DNA of 64,000 nt from an uncultured Candidatus Saccharibacteria bacterium (lineage in GTDB: Bacteria > Patescibacteriota > Minisyncoccia > Phycocordibacterales > PALSA-1337). A program made the position numbers and the translations under genes. Positions 27,676 to 37,131 of this stretch are shown here, piece by piece. The stretch is from contig CAYHLX010000003.1 in assembly GCA_964357605.1 (NCBI GenBank), positions 1,579-65,578 of the forward strand. Reading direction: 5' to 3'. Below the pieces are notes generated by a model. The model did no database searches, was not told the DNA's origin, and was given only the letters and a program-made list of their open reading frames with translations. How positions within the stretch are numbered: the first letter of the stretch is position 1; every line of letters begins with the position of its first letter.

Positions 27676-28815
27676 ATGAAATACCTTCGTGAAATAAAAG
27701 AATTAGCCGGAGTAAAAGTTCTTGTGCGGCTAGATCTCAATGTGCCTGTCTGTGACGGTAAAGTGGTTGATGATTTTAGAATTAGAAAAATTCTGCCAAC
27801 CATTGCCTATCTTCAGGAAAAAAAGGCCAAAATTATTCTCATGAGTCATATCGAGACTCCAAAGGACAAGCCATCCTTGGTTCCGGTAGCAGAATATCTC
27901 AAAACTTTTGGTGTCCAATGTGTTTTTGTTAAAAATTACAAGAATGCTCTGATTTCTATTGAAAAACTTGATCCAGGAAGTGTCATTCTCTTAGAAAATC
28001 TGCGTGAATATGAGGGTGAAAAGAAAAACGATAAAAATTTTGCCAAGGAACTAGCTTCTTTTGGTGATATTTATGTAAACGATGCCTTCGCAGTGTCTCA
28101 TCGAAAACATGCTTCTGTTTGTGCGATTACAGAATTTATTCCTAGTTATGCTGGACTGCTTTTTGAGCAGGAATTGAAACATTTGAGTACCGCTTTTAAG
28201 CCTAATCACCCTTTTCTTTTTGTTCTGGCGGGGGCTAAATTTGAAACTAAACTTCCTCTAATTGAGAAATTTATAAAAATTGCCGATCAGATTTTTGTGG
28301 GTGGGGCTTTGGCTAATAATTTTTTCAAAGAACAGGGCAAGGAGATCGGGAAATCCATGGTTTCTCCAGATAATTTCAACCTGTCTCGTTTTTTGGGTAA
28401 TCCAAAATTGTTACTTCCGATAGACACAGTTGTGGTTGACGGTAAAACGGAGACTAAGAAAGTTGGTCAAATCAAATCTGACGAAATGATGTATGATGCT
28501 GGTCCAGAAACCTTAGCATTACTTGGTCAAGCGATAAATAAGGCCAAATATATTCTCTGGAATGGTCCACTTGGAGCTTATGAGCAAGGTTTCAAACAAC
28601 CGACTCTGGAATTGGCCAAAATGATTGCTCAGGCCACAGAAAATGGCGCTAAGTCTGTGATCGGGGGAGGGGATACTTTAGCTACGGTGGCGGAATTAAA
28701 AATAGAAGATAAGTTTACTTTTGTTTCTACTGGTGGTGGGGCGATGCTCGATTATCTAGCGGAGGGAACATTGCCGGGGATAGAGGCGTTGGGGGGTAGG
28801 GTTGTAATTAAATAA
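27676..28815 (+). CDS. pgk: Phosphoglycerate kinase
   Basis: VLVRLDLNVP N-terminus and the PGK hinge and C-domain. Confidence 0.9.
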   Translation: MKYLREIKELAGVKVLVRLDLNVPVCDGKVVDDFRIRKILPTIAYLQEKKAKIILMSHIETPKDKPSLVPVAEYLKTFGVQCVFVKNYKNALISIEKLDPGSVILLENLREYEGEKKNDKNFAKELASFGDIYVNDAFAVSHRKHASVCAITEFIPSYAGLLFEQELKHLSTAFKPNHPFLFVLAGAKFETKLPLIEKFIKIADQIFVGGALANNFFKEQGKEIGKSMVSPDNFNLSRFLGNPKLLLPIDTVVVDGKTETKKVGQIKSDEMMYDAGPETLALLGQAINKAKYILWNGPLGAYEQGFKQPTLELAKMIAQATENGAKSVIGGGDTLATVAELKIEDKFTFVSTGGGAMLDYLAEGTLPGIEALGGRVVIK

Positions 28816-28891
28816 TATTCTTGATATTGTAATTAAGTATTTGGCATTCGCCACGTCCACCCACCTCTCACCCGAGTGGTGGGTGATCTGT

Positions 28892-29296
28892 TTAATTACC
28901 CGAGAGAAGATCAATCATTTTAATTCTGATTTTCTCAAAATCTTTATGGTCTAGGCTACAGAGGATTTTATCCATTCTTCTATAATCAACATGTCTAATC
29001 TGGGATAGAATTGCATTATTATCTTTCCCTTTTATTTTGAGGTTTGCATACCAAGTTCCTGTCTTGGCTTGGGTAGTAAAGGGGATACCAATAAAAGAAA
29101 ACGAATCTAACTTTCTTAATACGAGGACTGGTCTACGGAAATATTCTCCCTTACCACTTACTTCACTCCCTACATTTTCGCCGACACTACACCACCAGAC
29201 CTCTCTTTCATTGAAAAATGGAGGAACATGAACACTACTGTCCAATTTAGGTTTTAATGAGAACCATGCGATAAATCTTTTAACAAAAATAATCAT
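28892..29296 (-). CDS. MazF/PemK-family endoribonuclease toxin-like protein, with no adjacent antitoxin ORF evident
   Basis: EVWWCSVGENVGSE...RRPVLVL and ILSQIRHVDYRRM align with the MazF GDIYWVDLDPTxGxE...RPALVV and QIRTVDKxRL blocks. Confidence 0.5.
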   Translation of the reverse strand: MIIFVKRFIAWFSLKPKLDSSVHVPPFFNEREVWWCSVGENVGSEVSGKGEYFRRPVLVLRKLDSFSFIGIPFTTQAKTGTWYANLKIKGKDNNAILSQIRHVDYRRMDKILCSLDHKDFEKIRIKMIDLLSGN

Positions 29297-29399
29297 TCAT
29301 CAACTCTAGCAAAACGGTGATGAAGAAATACCTAAGAAATAATAAAATTTTGATAAAATTTGGGGTTAGGAAATGGAATTTAGGTGGTGTCTAGGGTAC

Positions 29400-29765
29400 T
29401 TATGTAAGGGCTTCTCTTATCTTCTTCGCATTTTCTTTAAAATCTTTTTTGTTGCCTTTTGTAGTTTCTGGATTCGGAAATACCCAGATATGGGCATGGG
29501 GGACTTCTTCGCCATATATTTTACCTTGGATCAAATCCTGACTGAATGTTTTCTTTTGTGCCACCGCAATCTTCTGGGCTATCTCAAAGTAGGCTCCCGC
29601 ATTTGGTACATCCCAAACCCAACGATAATGTTCTTTGGGAATAACTAAGGTGTGGCCAGGGGAGTGCGGGTCGATACTCAAGAATGCTAAAAAGTCGCTG
29701 TCTTCATAGACAATCTCGGCGGGAATTTCTTTTTTTATGATTTTGCAAAAGATGCAGTTTTCCAT
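29400..29765 (-). CDS. HIT-family (histidine triad) nucleotide hydrolase
   Basis: CIFCKII...HAHIWVF contains the histidine triad. Confidence 0.85.
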   Translation of the reverse strand: MENCIFCKIIKKEIPAEIVYEDSDFLAFLSIDPHSPGHTLVIPKEHYRWVWDVPNAGAYFEIAQKIAVAQKKTFSQDLIQGKIYGEEVPHAHIWVFPNPETTKGNKKDFKENAKKIREALT

Positions 29766-29782
29766 AATAGATAAATTATATC

Positions 29783-29815
29783 AGAAAAAAGGCAACCTCG
29801 GCTTGGGGCCGAGGT
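29783..29815 (-). terminator. Intrinsic terminator on the minus strand (hairpin ACCTCGGC/GCCGAGGT plus T6) after the 29847..30464 ORF
   Basis: The minus strand reads CACCTCGGCcccaaGCCGAGGTTGCCTTTTTTCT. Confidence 0.6.
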
Positions 29816-29846
29816 GTTGAGGAGATTATGATGGTTTGTTGTATGG

Positions 29847-30464
29847 TTACATCAGACAATCCAGGATGTGACGAGGAAGAGCGTAACGACCACCAGTTGC
29901 AATGGTGACCCAAGGATGATGGAGACCAAGGGTATTGAGTGTGGCGATCGTGTCCACCGACCAACGAGGATCAAAAGCTTCACTTGGTGCGTCGGGGTTC
30001 GCGAATTTCTCAAAACAATCATCACAACTGTCTCGCCGCAGGAAGAAACTGATAGGCGGAGAGGTTGTTTTGGATCCAAGAAAAATTCCTCTCGTTGCAA
30101 GTGTTGGTATCGGATCGGCAGAATTGTGATTTTGTGGCAGGTCATACTTTGCCACCGTGCTATTTCCGATACCAACCAAAAGGCCTCTCCGCAGTGTTGC
30201 GCCCACAGGATTGACTAATGGCCTACCTCCTGGGCCAATTGTGTGGTGTACCCGCATTTTCATGATTTGAGGGCTCGAGACCGAATCCAGGATCGTTACT
30301 TGATAAACGGAATAGCGTGTATTGAACCAGAATCTTCCCGTAAAAGGAGTCGTCATAATTTGTTTTTTGGTTGATGTTGGAGGGCAGTTCGGTAAAACTT
30401 TACTCCTTACGTAGATTGATGTCAATGACAGCGATTTTTGTGACGGTGCTATACTTGTACCCAT
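29847..30464 (-). CDS. Hypothetical protein, GC-rich orphan. The true start is probably an internal Met. No family recognised.
   Basis: Longest ORF in a GC-rich patch. A dedicated terminator lies downstream. The annotated start abuts the recJ start codon. Confidence 0.4.
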   Translation of the reverse strand: MGTSIAPSQKSLSLTSIYVRSKVLPNCPPTSTKKQIMTTPFTGRFWFNTRYSVYQVTILDSVSSPQIMKMRVHHTIGPGGRPLVNPVGATLRRGLLVGIGNSTVAKYDLPQNHNSADPIPTLATRGIFLGSKTTSPPISFFLRRDSCDDCFEKFANPDAPSEAFDPRWSVDTIATLNTLGLHHPWVTIATGGRYALPRHILDCLM

Positions 30465-32172
30465 GAAAACCTACCAGCTACGCCGGATTTTGACTGATGA
30501 AGAAAAAAATAAGTTAGGTACCTATCCTGATATTTTGAAACGTTTGCTTTTTCACCGAGGGATCACTGATCGAAAAACGGCTGAGAGTTTTTTAAATCCA
30601 AACTATGATAGCCAAACCCACGATCCATTTTTATTAAAAGATGCCGAGAAAGCGGTGACGAGAATTATCAAAGCCATAGAAAGTGACCAAAAAATCGTCA
30701 TTTATAGCGATTATGATACAGATGGCATACCAGCTGGAGTCGCTCTTCATGACTTATTTAAAAAAATAGGATTCAAGAATTTTATCAACTATATTCCACA
30801 TCGCCACGATGAAGGGTTTGGTTTAAATGAAGAGGCGATCAGACAATTCATCGCTGACAAGGTTGAACTACTCATTACCATTGACTGTGGTATTGCTGAT
30901 GTCGAGCATGTAAAACTGGCTCAGAAAAATGGTCTAGATGTGATTATCACAGATCACCACCTTCCAGGACAAAAACTCCCACCAGCTTTTGCCATTGTTA
31001 ATCCAAAACAATCAGATTGTCACTATCCAGAAAAAATGCTCTGTGGTGCTGGAGTGATTTACAAAGTCATTCAGGCTATTCTGCTTAAAAATAGATTTGA
31101 GATTAAAGAAGGTTGGGAGAAATGGTGGTTAGATATGGTGGGTATCGCCACCTTGTCAGATATGGTGCCTCTCACGGGGGAGAATCGGGTTTTTGCCCAC
31201 TACGGACTAGCCGTGCTTAGAAAAAGTCCTAGAAAAGGTTTGATCAGATTGCTCAAGAAATTAAAAGTAGATCAGAGATATCTCACCGAAGAAGATATTG
31301 GTTTTACCATCGGCCCCCGGATCAATGCTGCGTCTCGCATGGGTGTACCGATGGATGCTTTTCGTCTTTTGGCGACAGATGATGAAGTAGAAGCAGAAAA
31401 GTTGGCCGATCATCTAGATCACATCAATAATGAAAGAAAGGGGACTGTTGCTGCTCTAGTTAAGGAAGTGAAGAAACATGTTCACGAGAGATATGGAGAA
31501 AAGCCAAATAGAGTGATCGTGATCGGTAACCCAGATTGGAAGCCATCTCTCCTGGGGCTAGCCGCTAACACCTGTGCAGAAGAATATGCCGTACCAGTTT
31601 TTCTCTGGGGACGTGATGGTGACAATATTATCAAAGGATCGTGTCGAGCAGCGGGGACTGTTCACTTAGTTGACTTGATGCAGGAAATCCCGGAAGGGGT
31701 GTTTTTGCAATTTGGTGGCCATGCCGAGTCTGGTGGTTTTGCGGTTCATGGATCAGCAATTCATACCCTCGAAGGCAAACTCAATGAGGCTTTTGAAAAA
31801 ATAAAGGGCAAAAAGAAAGAAAACATTTTCCATGTTGATCTGAATCTTTTGCCTGATGATGTGAATTACGATACCTATCGTCAAATAGAAAAAGTTGGTC
31901 CATTTGGTACGGGCAATGACAAGCCGCTATTTATGTTCAAAGATATTATGCTCACTGGTGTAAAGCAATTCGGCAAAGAAAAAAATCATTTAGAAATCAT
32001 TTTTAAAAAAACAAATGGTAGTCCCATTTCTGCTATCGGTTTTTTTATCACTCAAGCTGATTTTTCTAAAAAGATCGAGCAAGGTTTGACCATTTCTCTT
32101 GTGGCTACGATGGAGAAATCTATGTTTAGAGGGCGTCCAGAGCTTAGGTTGAGGATTGTTGATATAATATGA
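30463..32172 (+). CDS. recJ: Single-stranded-DNA-specific exonuclease RecJ
   Basis: DHH motifs DYDTDGI and ITDHH. DHHA1 region. Confidence 0.9.
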   Translation: MKTYQLRRILTDEEKNKLGTYPDILKRLLFHRGITDRKTAESFLNPNYDSQTHDPFLLKDAEKAVTRIIKAIESDQKIVIYSDYDTDGIPAGVALHDLFKKIGFKNFINYIPHRHDEGFGLNEEAIRQFIADKVELLITIDCGIADVEHVKLAQKNGLDVIITDHHLPGQKLPPAFAIVNPKQSDCHYPEKMLCGAGVIYKVIQAILLKNRFEIKEGWEKWWLDMVGIATLSDMVPLTGENRVFAHYGLAVLRKSPRKGLIRLLKKLKVDQRYLTEEDIGFTIGPRINAASRMGVPMDAFRLLATDDEVEAEKLADHLDHINNERKGTVAALVKEVKKHVHERYGEKPNRVIVIGNPDWKPSLLGLAANTCAEEYAVPVFLWGRDGDNIIKGSCRAAGTVHLVDLMQEIPEGVFLQFGGHAESGGFAVHGSAIHTLEGKLNEAFEKIKGKKKENIFHVDLNLLPDDVNYDTYRQIEKVGPFGTGNDKPLFMFKDIMLTGVKQFGKEKNHLEIIFKKTNGSPISAIGFFITQADFSKKIEQGLTISLVATMEKSMFRGRPELRLRIVDII

Positions 32173-32669
32173 GCATGAAAAAAGTAATTTTTACTGATGG
32201 ATCGTCACGAGGTAATCCTGGACCAGGGGGTTGGGGGGCTATAGTTATTTCACCTGATAAGGTGCGGGAACTTGGCGGAAAAGAAGCAATGACGACAAAT
32301 AACAGAATGGAACTCAAGGGGGCGATTGAGGCCTTGAGGGTTTTAGATAATACCGAATCAATCATTGTCCATTCAGATTCTCAATACGTTATTAAGGGTA
32401 TTACAGAATGGATTGTGGGCTGGCAGAAAAAGGGCTGGAAAAATTCACAGAAAAAAGCAGTTTTGAATAGAGATCTCTGGGAGGAACTACTGGCAGTTTC
32501 AGAAAACAAGGACATAGAATGGAATTATGTGGCTGGGCACTCCGAAATTGCTGGGAATGAAAGATGCGATGAGATTGCTACGCAATTTGCTGATGGAGAA
32601 AAAGTAAAGCTTTACCACGGCCCAAAAGGAAAATACCCATTTACAAGCATTCTGAAAGATGTTCTATAG
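32169..32669 (+). CDS. rnhA: Ribonuclease HI
   Basis: IFTDGSSRGNPGPGGWGAIV and the HSD motif. Confidence 0.9.
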   Translation: MSMKKVIFTDGSSRGNPGPGGWGAIVISPDKVRELGGKEAMTTNNRMELKGAIEALRVLDNTESIIVHSDSQYVIKGITEWIVGWQKKGWKNSQKKAVLNRDLWEELLAVSENKDIEWNYVAGHSEIAGNERCDEIATQFADGEKVKLYHGPKGKYPFTSILKDVL

Positions 32670-32736
32670 GTAAATTTTATCAAAATTTTATTATTTCTTA
32701 GGTATTTCTTCATCACCACTATGCTACAGTCGGGGG

Positions 32737-34083
32737 GTGGAGAACAGACAGACTAAAATTTATATTTTCATAATTATCACTCTCATAATCATGATTTTTA
32801 TCCGTGGCTATCAGGCTTTCCATAATCCAAATAAGGATGTACTAAAAGGTCAGGTTGGAAAAACCACAACTTTTGATGGAACCATTTCAGGCGAACCCCT
32901 CATAAAGGATTTTCTGCAGACTTTTACTTTGCAAACTGAGGAAGGTAACTTTATCCGCGTGGGTGCCGATCGTTATGGGGAGTATAGCTATGGAGACAAG
33001 GTTAAAGCAACTGGCAAACTTTCTGCTCCCAGAAACTTTGCAAGCAATGGAGGAAGAGTCTTTGATTACATTAACTATTTAGGAAAAGATGAGATCTATT
33101 ATGAATTTAAAAAAGCCCAAATAGAAGTTCTAGAGAAAAATGATGGAAAAAATCTCAGATCAATTCTTTTTAATACTAAAAAGAAATTTTTACAAAACCT
33201 CGGAATGGTTTTGGGTGAACCTCATGCCGCTCTCGCCGGAGGACTGGTGGTGGGGGAGAAAGCGGCTTTAGGAAAGGATTTAATAGATGATTTTCGTCGG
33301 TCGGGACTCATACATATTGTCGTGCTTTCTGGTTACAACATTACGATTATCGCGACGATGATCCGTCGACTCCTTTCTTTTTTTCCACGAACCCCGAGTA
33401 TTATTTTGGGAGGAATTGGTATTGTTTTATTTGGTTTGCTCGTGGGAGGAGGAGCCACAGTGATTCGTTCTTGTATCATGGCCATCATCGCTCTTTGTGG
33501 GGAAATTTTACGTAAAGATTACAATGTGGCACGCGCTCTTTTTATTGCCGCCCTACTCATGCTCATAGAAAATCCACTAATTCTTTTTTATGATCCATCA
33601 TTTCAACTTTCTTTTTTGGCCACCCTGGGGCTCATCACCCTCTCGTCTCCATTTGAGAAAAAATTAGGGTTTATCACAGAAAAATTTTCCATCCGCTCTT
33701 TGGTGGCCTCAACTCTGGCGACTCAAGTTTTTGTCTCACCTCTTATCCTATATATGATGGGGGATTTATCTTTGGTGGGTACTTTTGTAAATATCGTCGT
33801 TTTACCATTCATTCCACTCACGATGCTCGTAGTATTTCTAACGGGGATGTTTGGTTTCATTTCTCACTACCTCTCCCAGATGTTTGGCTGGATTTCTCAC
33901 GTCCTGTTGTCTTACGAGCTTCTTATCGTGAAGCAGGCTTCAAAGCTTCCTTTTGCCATAGTTTCCTTGCCAGCTTTTTCAATAAAGGTTGTCGCTGGAG
34001 TTTATCTTTTCTATGGGTCTATCTTTTTTTATTTAAAATCTAGGCTAAAAAGTTCTTCTCAATCACTTTCCAATTCAAATTAG
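32737..34083 (+). CDS. comEC: ComEC/Rec2 family DNA-uptake channel protein (DUF4131 plus Competence domain only)
   Basis: Polytopic membrane protein. GLIHIVVLSGYNITII competence-domain motif. Confidence 0.7.
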   Translation: MENRQTKIYIFIIITLIIMIFIRGYQAFHNPNKDVLKGQVGKTTTFDGTISGEPLIKDFLQTFTLQTEEGNFIRVGADRYGEYSYGDKVKATGKLSAPRNFASNGGRVFDYINYLGKDEIYYEFKKAQIEVLEKNDGKNLRSILFNTKKKFLQNLGMVLGEPHAALAGGLVVGEKAALGKDLIDDFRRSGLIHIVVLSGYNITIIATMIRRLLSFFPRTPSIILGGIGIVLFGLLVGGGATVIRSCIMAIIALCGEILRKDYNVARALFIAALLMLIENPLILFYDPSFQLSFLATLGLITLSSPFEKKLGFITEKFSIRSLVASTLATQVFVSPLILYMMGDLSLVGTFVNIVVLPFIPLTMLVVFLTGMFGFISHYLSQMFGWISHVLLSYELLIVKQASKLPFAIVSLPAFSIKVVAGVYLFYGSIFFYLKSRLKSSSQSLSNSN

Positions 34084-34624
34084 CAAAAAAATCTTCCACA
34101 TAATTCTTTTTTCCAGACGGCTGATAGTCGGCGACAAAGGAATGTTCCCACATATCAAGGCCTAAGATAAGGGTGCAATCCTGAAGTTGCCCCAAATGTT
34201 GCTCATCTACCCAGGCATTCAGTAGTCTTCTCTCTTTTTTATCATAGTAAAGCATGGCCCAGCCGATTCCTCGAGTGAGGGCGATGGATTTAAATTCAAT
34301 GAGCCATTTATCAAATGAGCCAAAATCTTCCTCTATTTGTTTTTTTAAATCACCGTCTGTGATTTCTTGCATTCCACCCTCAAGACTTTGGAAATATACC
34401 TCATGATTTCTCATGCCGTTGTATTCAAAACCAAAACGGCGCATCACCTCACCTAGAGCATAAGCATTTTTCTCTGCTTCTTTTTTCATCTCTTCTATTT
34501 TTTCTAGAATGAGATTAGAGTGCTTTACATAACCAGCATAGAGTTTTAGATGCTCCCCAATGGTTTTCTCTGAAATCCCTTTTAAGTTAGGAATATTAAA
34601 TTTTTTCTCTTCAAATTTTTTCAT
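34040..34624 (-). CDS. sodA: Fe/Mn superoxide dismutase
   Basis: HLKLYAGYV and DMWEHSFVADY, which corresponds to DxWEHAYY. Confidence 0.85.
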   Translation of the reverse strand: MKKFEEKKFNIPNLKGISEKTIGEHLKLYAGYVKHSNLILEKIEEMKKEAEKNAYALGEVMRRFGFEYNGMRNHEVYFQSLEGGMQEITDGDLKKQIEEDFGSFDKWLIEFKSIALTRGIGWAMLYYDKKERRLLNAWVDEQHLGQLQDCTLILGLDMWEHSFVADYQPSGKKNYVEDFFANLNWKVIEKNFLA

Positions 34625-34716
34625 AAGTATTGTGTAATTGGTTAATTTCCCCTCTATTTTAGCATAATTAATGAAAATTTTATTTTGGCTTTATCTCACT
34701 ATGTTACGTTGTTTAC

Positions 34717-35586
34717 ATGAAAAAGGTACAAAAATACTGGAAGTCGGTTCTGTTGGTTACCATTCTTTTGGCTGGTGTCTTGGGTATTTATGTTGCTCGC
34801 TTTGAATTGAGAGATAAGGTTATGGAAATTTATTTCTTTGATCTAGACAGAGGTCGATCTATCTTTCTCCGGACACCCCACAATCAAACTATTCTCATTG
34901 ACGGGGGACAGAACTCCCAGATCATGCGAGAATTGACCAAAATCCTCCCTTTCTATAGAAGACGAATTGATACAGTTATCGTTACAAATTCTTTTCCAAA
35001 AAATGTCGGAGGATTGAGTGAGGTGGTGCGTAGATATGAAGTCGGAAAAATAGTTGAACCAGCTCTGATGGGGACCAGTACCGCTCTAGAAGCTTTTGAA
35101 AAAGTAGTTGTAGATAAAAAACTTTTAGCAGAAAAAGTGATGAAGGGAGAAAGATTTGAAATAGATGGGGTAAAATTTGAAGTCCTTTTTCCCGTTCCAT
35201 CTTTTAAATACAACAAAACCAGTCTGCCAGAACTTGTTTTGAATATTTCACATCATTCTACCAACATCCTTTTATTGGGAGATGTTTCAAAAACTATTCA
35301 AAAATCTTTTATACCATTATTAGACAAGGTTGATTTGATTGAGTACGCGCATAGTGCGGGGGATTCACGTACGTCTGGTGACTTGTTTGAAAAACTCAAA
35401 CCCAAATATGCCATTATCAAAAAAAAGATTCGTGCTCCATCTACTAGGGTTCTTAAAAATCTACCAAAGAAGCCACCCTTTAATATAGAAAAACAAACTG
35501 GAACGGAAGTTATAAATCTAGAAACAGATGGAAATATCAAATTTATCCTGGACGAAATAGGTATCTCTACTCCACGCCTAAAATAA
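34717..35586 (+). CDS. ComEC-related metallo-beta-lactamase-fold domain protein, encoded separately. The HxHxDH motif is degenerate.
   Basis: IYFFDLDRGRSIFLRTPHNQTILIDGG resembles the ComEC MBL-domain entry motif. The expected THxHxDHxGG position reads VTNSFPKNVGGL. Confidence 0.5.
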   Translation: MKKVQKYWKSVLLVTILLAGVLGIYVARFELRDKVMEIYFFDLDRGRSIFLRTPHNQTILIDGGQNSQIMRELTKILPFYRRRIDTVIVTNSFPKNVGGLSEVVRRYEVGKIVEPALMGTSTALEAFEKVVVDKKLLAEKVMKGERFEIDGVKFEVLFPVPSFKYNKTSLPELVLNISHHSTNILLLGDVSKTIQKSFIPLLDKVDLIEYAHSAGDSRTSGDLFEKLKPKYAIIKKKIRAPSTRVLKNLPKKPPFNIEKQTGTEVINLETDGNIKFILDEIGISTPRLK

Positions 35587-36175
35587 GTTTAAAAATGAAA
35601 GGGACAATGGGTTCAACAAATCTCCATAAGACAAAGATCAAAATAAGAAAAAAGAAGATAGAGTAACGTTCTAGAACTTCTCTAATTCCAGAAAATTGAG
35701 GTGGTAGAAGAGAAAAAAGGATCTTTGATCCATCTAGAGGGGGAAGGGGGATGAGGTTAAAAACAGCCAAGACTATATTTATAGCCACCACATAAGAAGC
35801 GATGGTAATAAATGATGGAGAGAGTGAATCTATGAAGAAACGTAGAACGAGACCAAAGATAATGGCGATGAGGATGTTTGAAACAGGGCCGGCGAGGGCG
35901 ATTAGAAATTCACCCCACCGCTTATCTTTAACATTATAGGGATTCCATTCTACTGGTTTGGCCCAGCCAAAGGGAAAACCAGCTAAGGAGGTGATCACGG
36001 GCACGATGAAAGAGCCAAAAAGCTCTAGATGTTTGAGGGGATTGATAGTAAGTCTACCCTGTAGGCGAGGTGTGGGGTCCCCGAGGAGTTCTGCGGTATA
36101 CCCATGCGAAAGCTCATGTAGGACAACAGACATGATGAGGATAGCTATAGAAATAATAAAGGTTAATTCGTCCAT
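35567..36175 (-). CDS. Peptidase M50 (site-2 protease-like) integral membrane zinc metalloprotease
   Basis: HELSHGYTAELLGD is an HExxH motif within a TM helix. Confidence 0.7.
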   Translation of the reverse strand: MDELTFIISIAILIMSVVLHELSHGYTAELLGDPTPRLQGRLTINPLKHLELFGSFIVPVITSLAGFPFGWAKPVEWNPYNVKDKRWGEFLIALAGPVSNILIAIIFGLVLRFFIDSLSPSFITIASYVVAINIVLAVFNLIPLPPLDGSKILFSLLPPQFSGIREVLERYSIFFFLILIFVLWRFVEPIVPFIFKLILGVE

Positions 36176-36240
36176 AAGTTTTCAGGCTTAACTTGCCAAA
36201 TTTAATATGTATGATAGCATGACTATCACTTACAAAACAT

Positions 36241-36483
36241 ATGGCCAAGGTCTGCGCAATTACAAAAAGAGGTTCAATGATGGGAGGCGGTTACTCCAAC
36301 CGTACTCGTGCTACCCAATTCAACCCTACAGGAATGGTTAGAAAATATCCAAATCTTCAGAAAAAGAAGATCTATGTTCCTGAACTCAAAAAATCTTTCA
36401 ATATCACTATCTCAACTCGGGCTCTAAAGACCGTCCAGAAACACGGAGCCTTTGCCACTCTCAAAAAAGCAGGTATAATATAG
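36241..36483 (+). CDS. rpmB: 50S ribosomal protein L28
   Basis: MAKVCAITKRGSMMGGGYSNRTRATQFNPTG...NLQKKKIYVPELKK is similar to L28. Confidence 0.7.
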   Translation: MAKVCAITKRGSMMGGGYSNRTRATQFNPTGMVRKYPNLQKKKIYVPELKKSFNITISTRALKTVQKHGAFATLKKAGII

Positions 36484-36540
36484 AGGTCAAGTATAGCACC
36501 ATGAAGCCAAGTACCACGTCCCTTTATCGGGAAAGTGGGA

Positions 36541-36582
36541 GGGCGCCGACCTGTCGTCGGCGCCCGTTTTCTTGCCTTTTTT
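36541..36582 (+). terminator. Strong intrinsic terminator GGGCGCCGAC-ctgt-GTCGGCGCCC plus T-rich tail
   Basis: 10-bp GC stem followed by TTTTCTTGCCTTTTTT. Confidence 0.8.
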
Positions 36583-36690
36583 GTGAGTTGTGATAGAGTA
36601 GTCCCACGTCGTCAAAAACGCACAGAAAGATGAGTAACCACTCGGTGAAAAAGTCAGCTTTCTGTAATTATTAAACAATTAAAGAGATCA

Positions 36691-37107
36691 ATGCCCACAA
36701 TCAATCAACTTGTGAAGAAAAGTCGCAAGCGCTTTATTCGAAAGTCAAAATCGGTAGCGCTGACGAAAAGTTTTAATACTATCAAAAACCGTCCTCGGTT
36801 TTTCCCATCTCCTTTCAAAAGAGGGGTGTGTGTGAAAGTGACTACCAAGACTCCCAAAAAGCCTAACTCCGCTATCCGAAAGATTGCTCGTGTTCGACTT
36901 TCCAACGGGATGGAGGTTACAGCCTATATTCCAGGAGAAGGACATTCACTTCAGGAACACTCCGTGGTTCTTCTTAGGGGTGGTCGTGTAAAGGACGTAG
37001 GACTTAGATACTCCGTTGTTCGAGGTGTACTTGATGCCGCTGGAGTAGAGAAGCGTCGAAAGGGTCGAAGTCAGTACGGAAACAAAAGACCAAAAGCTGC
37101 CAAATAG
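36691..37107 (+). CDS. rpsL: 30S ribosomal protein S12
   Basis: PTINQLVKK...KPNSAIRK. Confidence 0.95.
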   Translation: MPTINQLVKKSRKRFIRKSKSVALTKSFNTIKNRPRFFPSPFKRGVCVKVTTKTPKKPNSAIRKIARVRLSNGMEVTAYIPGEGHSLQEHSVVLLRGGRVKDVGLRYSVVRGVLDAAGVEKRRKGRSQYGNKRPKAAK

Positions 37108-37131
37108 TCTTTCTATTTAATTTAAAATACC

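Noticed and set aside
36487-36678. 63-aa minus-strand ORF between rpmB and rpsL
   Set aside because: It overlaps the strong rpmB terminator hairpin and has no family similarity. It is most likely a non-coding intergenic region.
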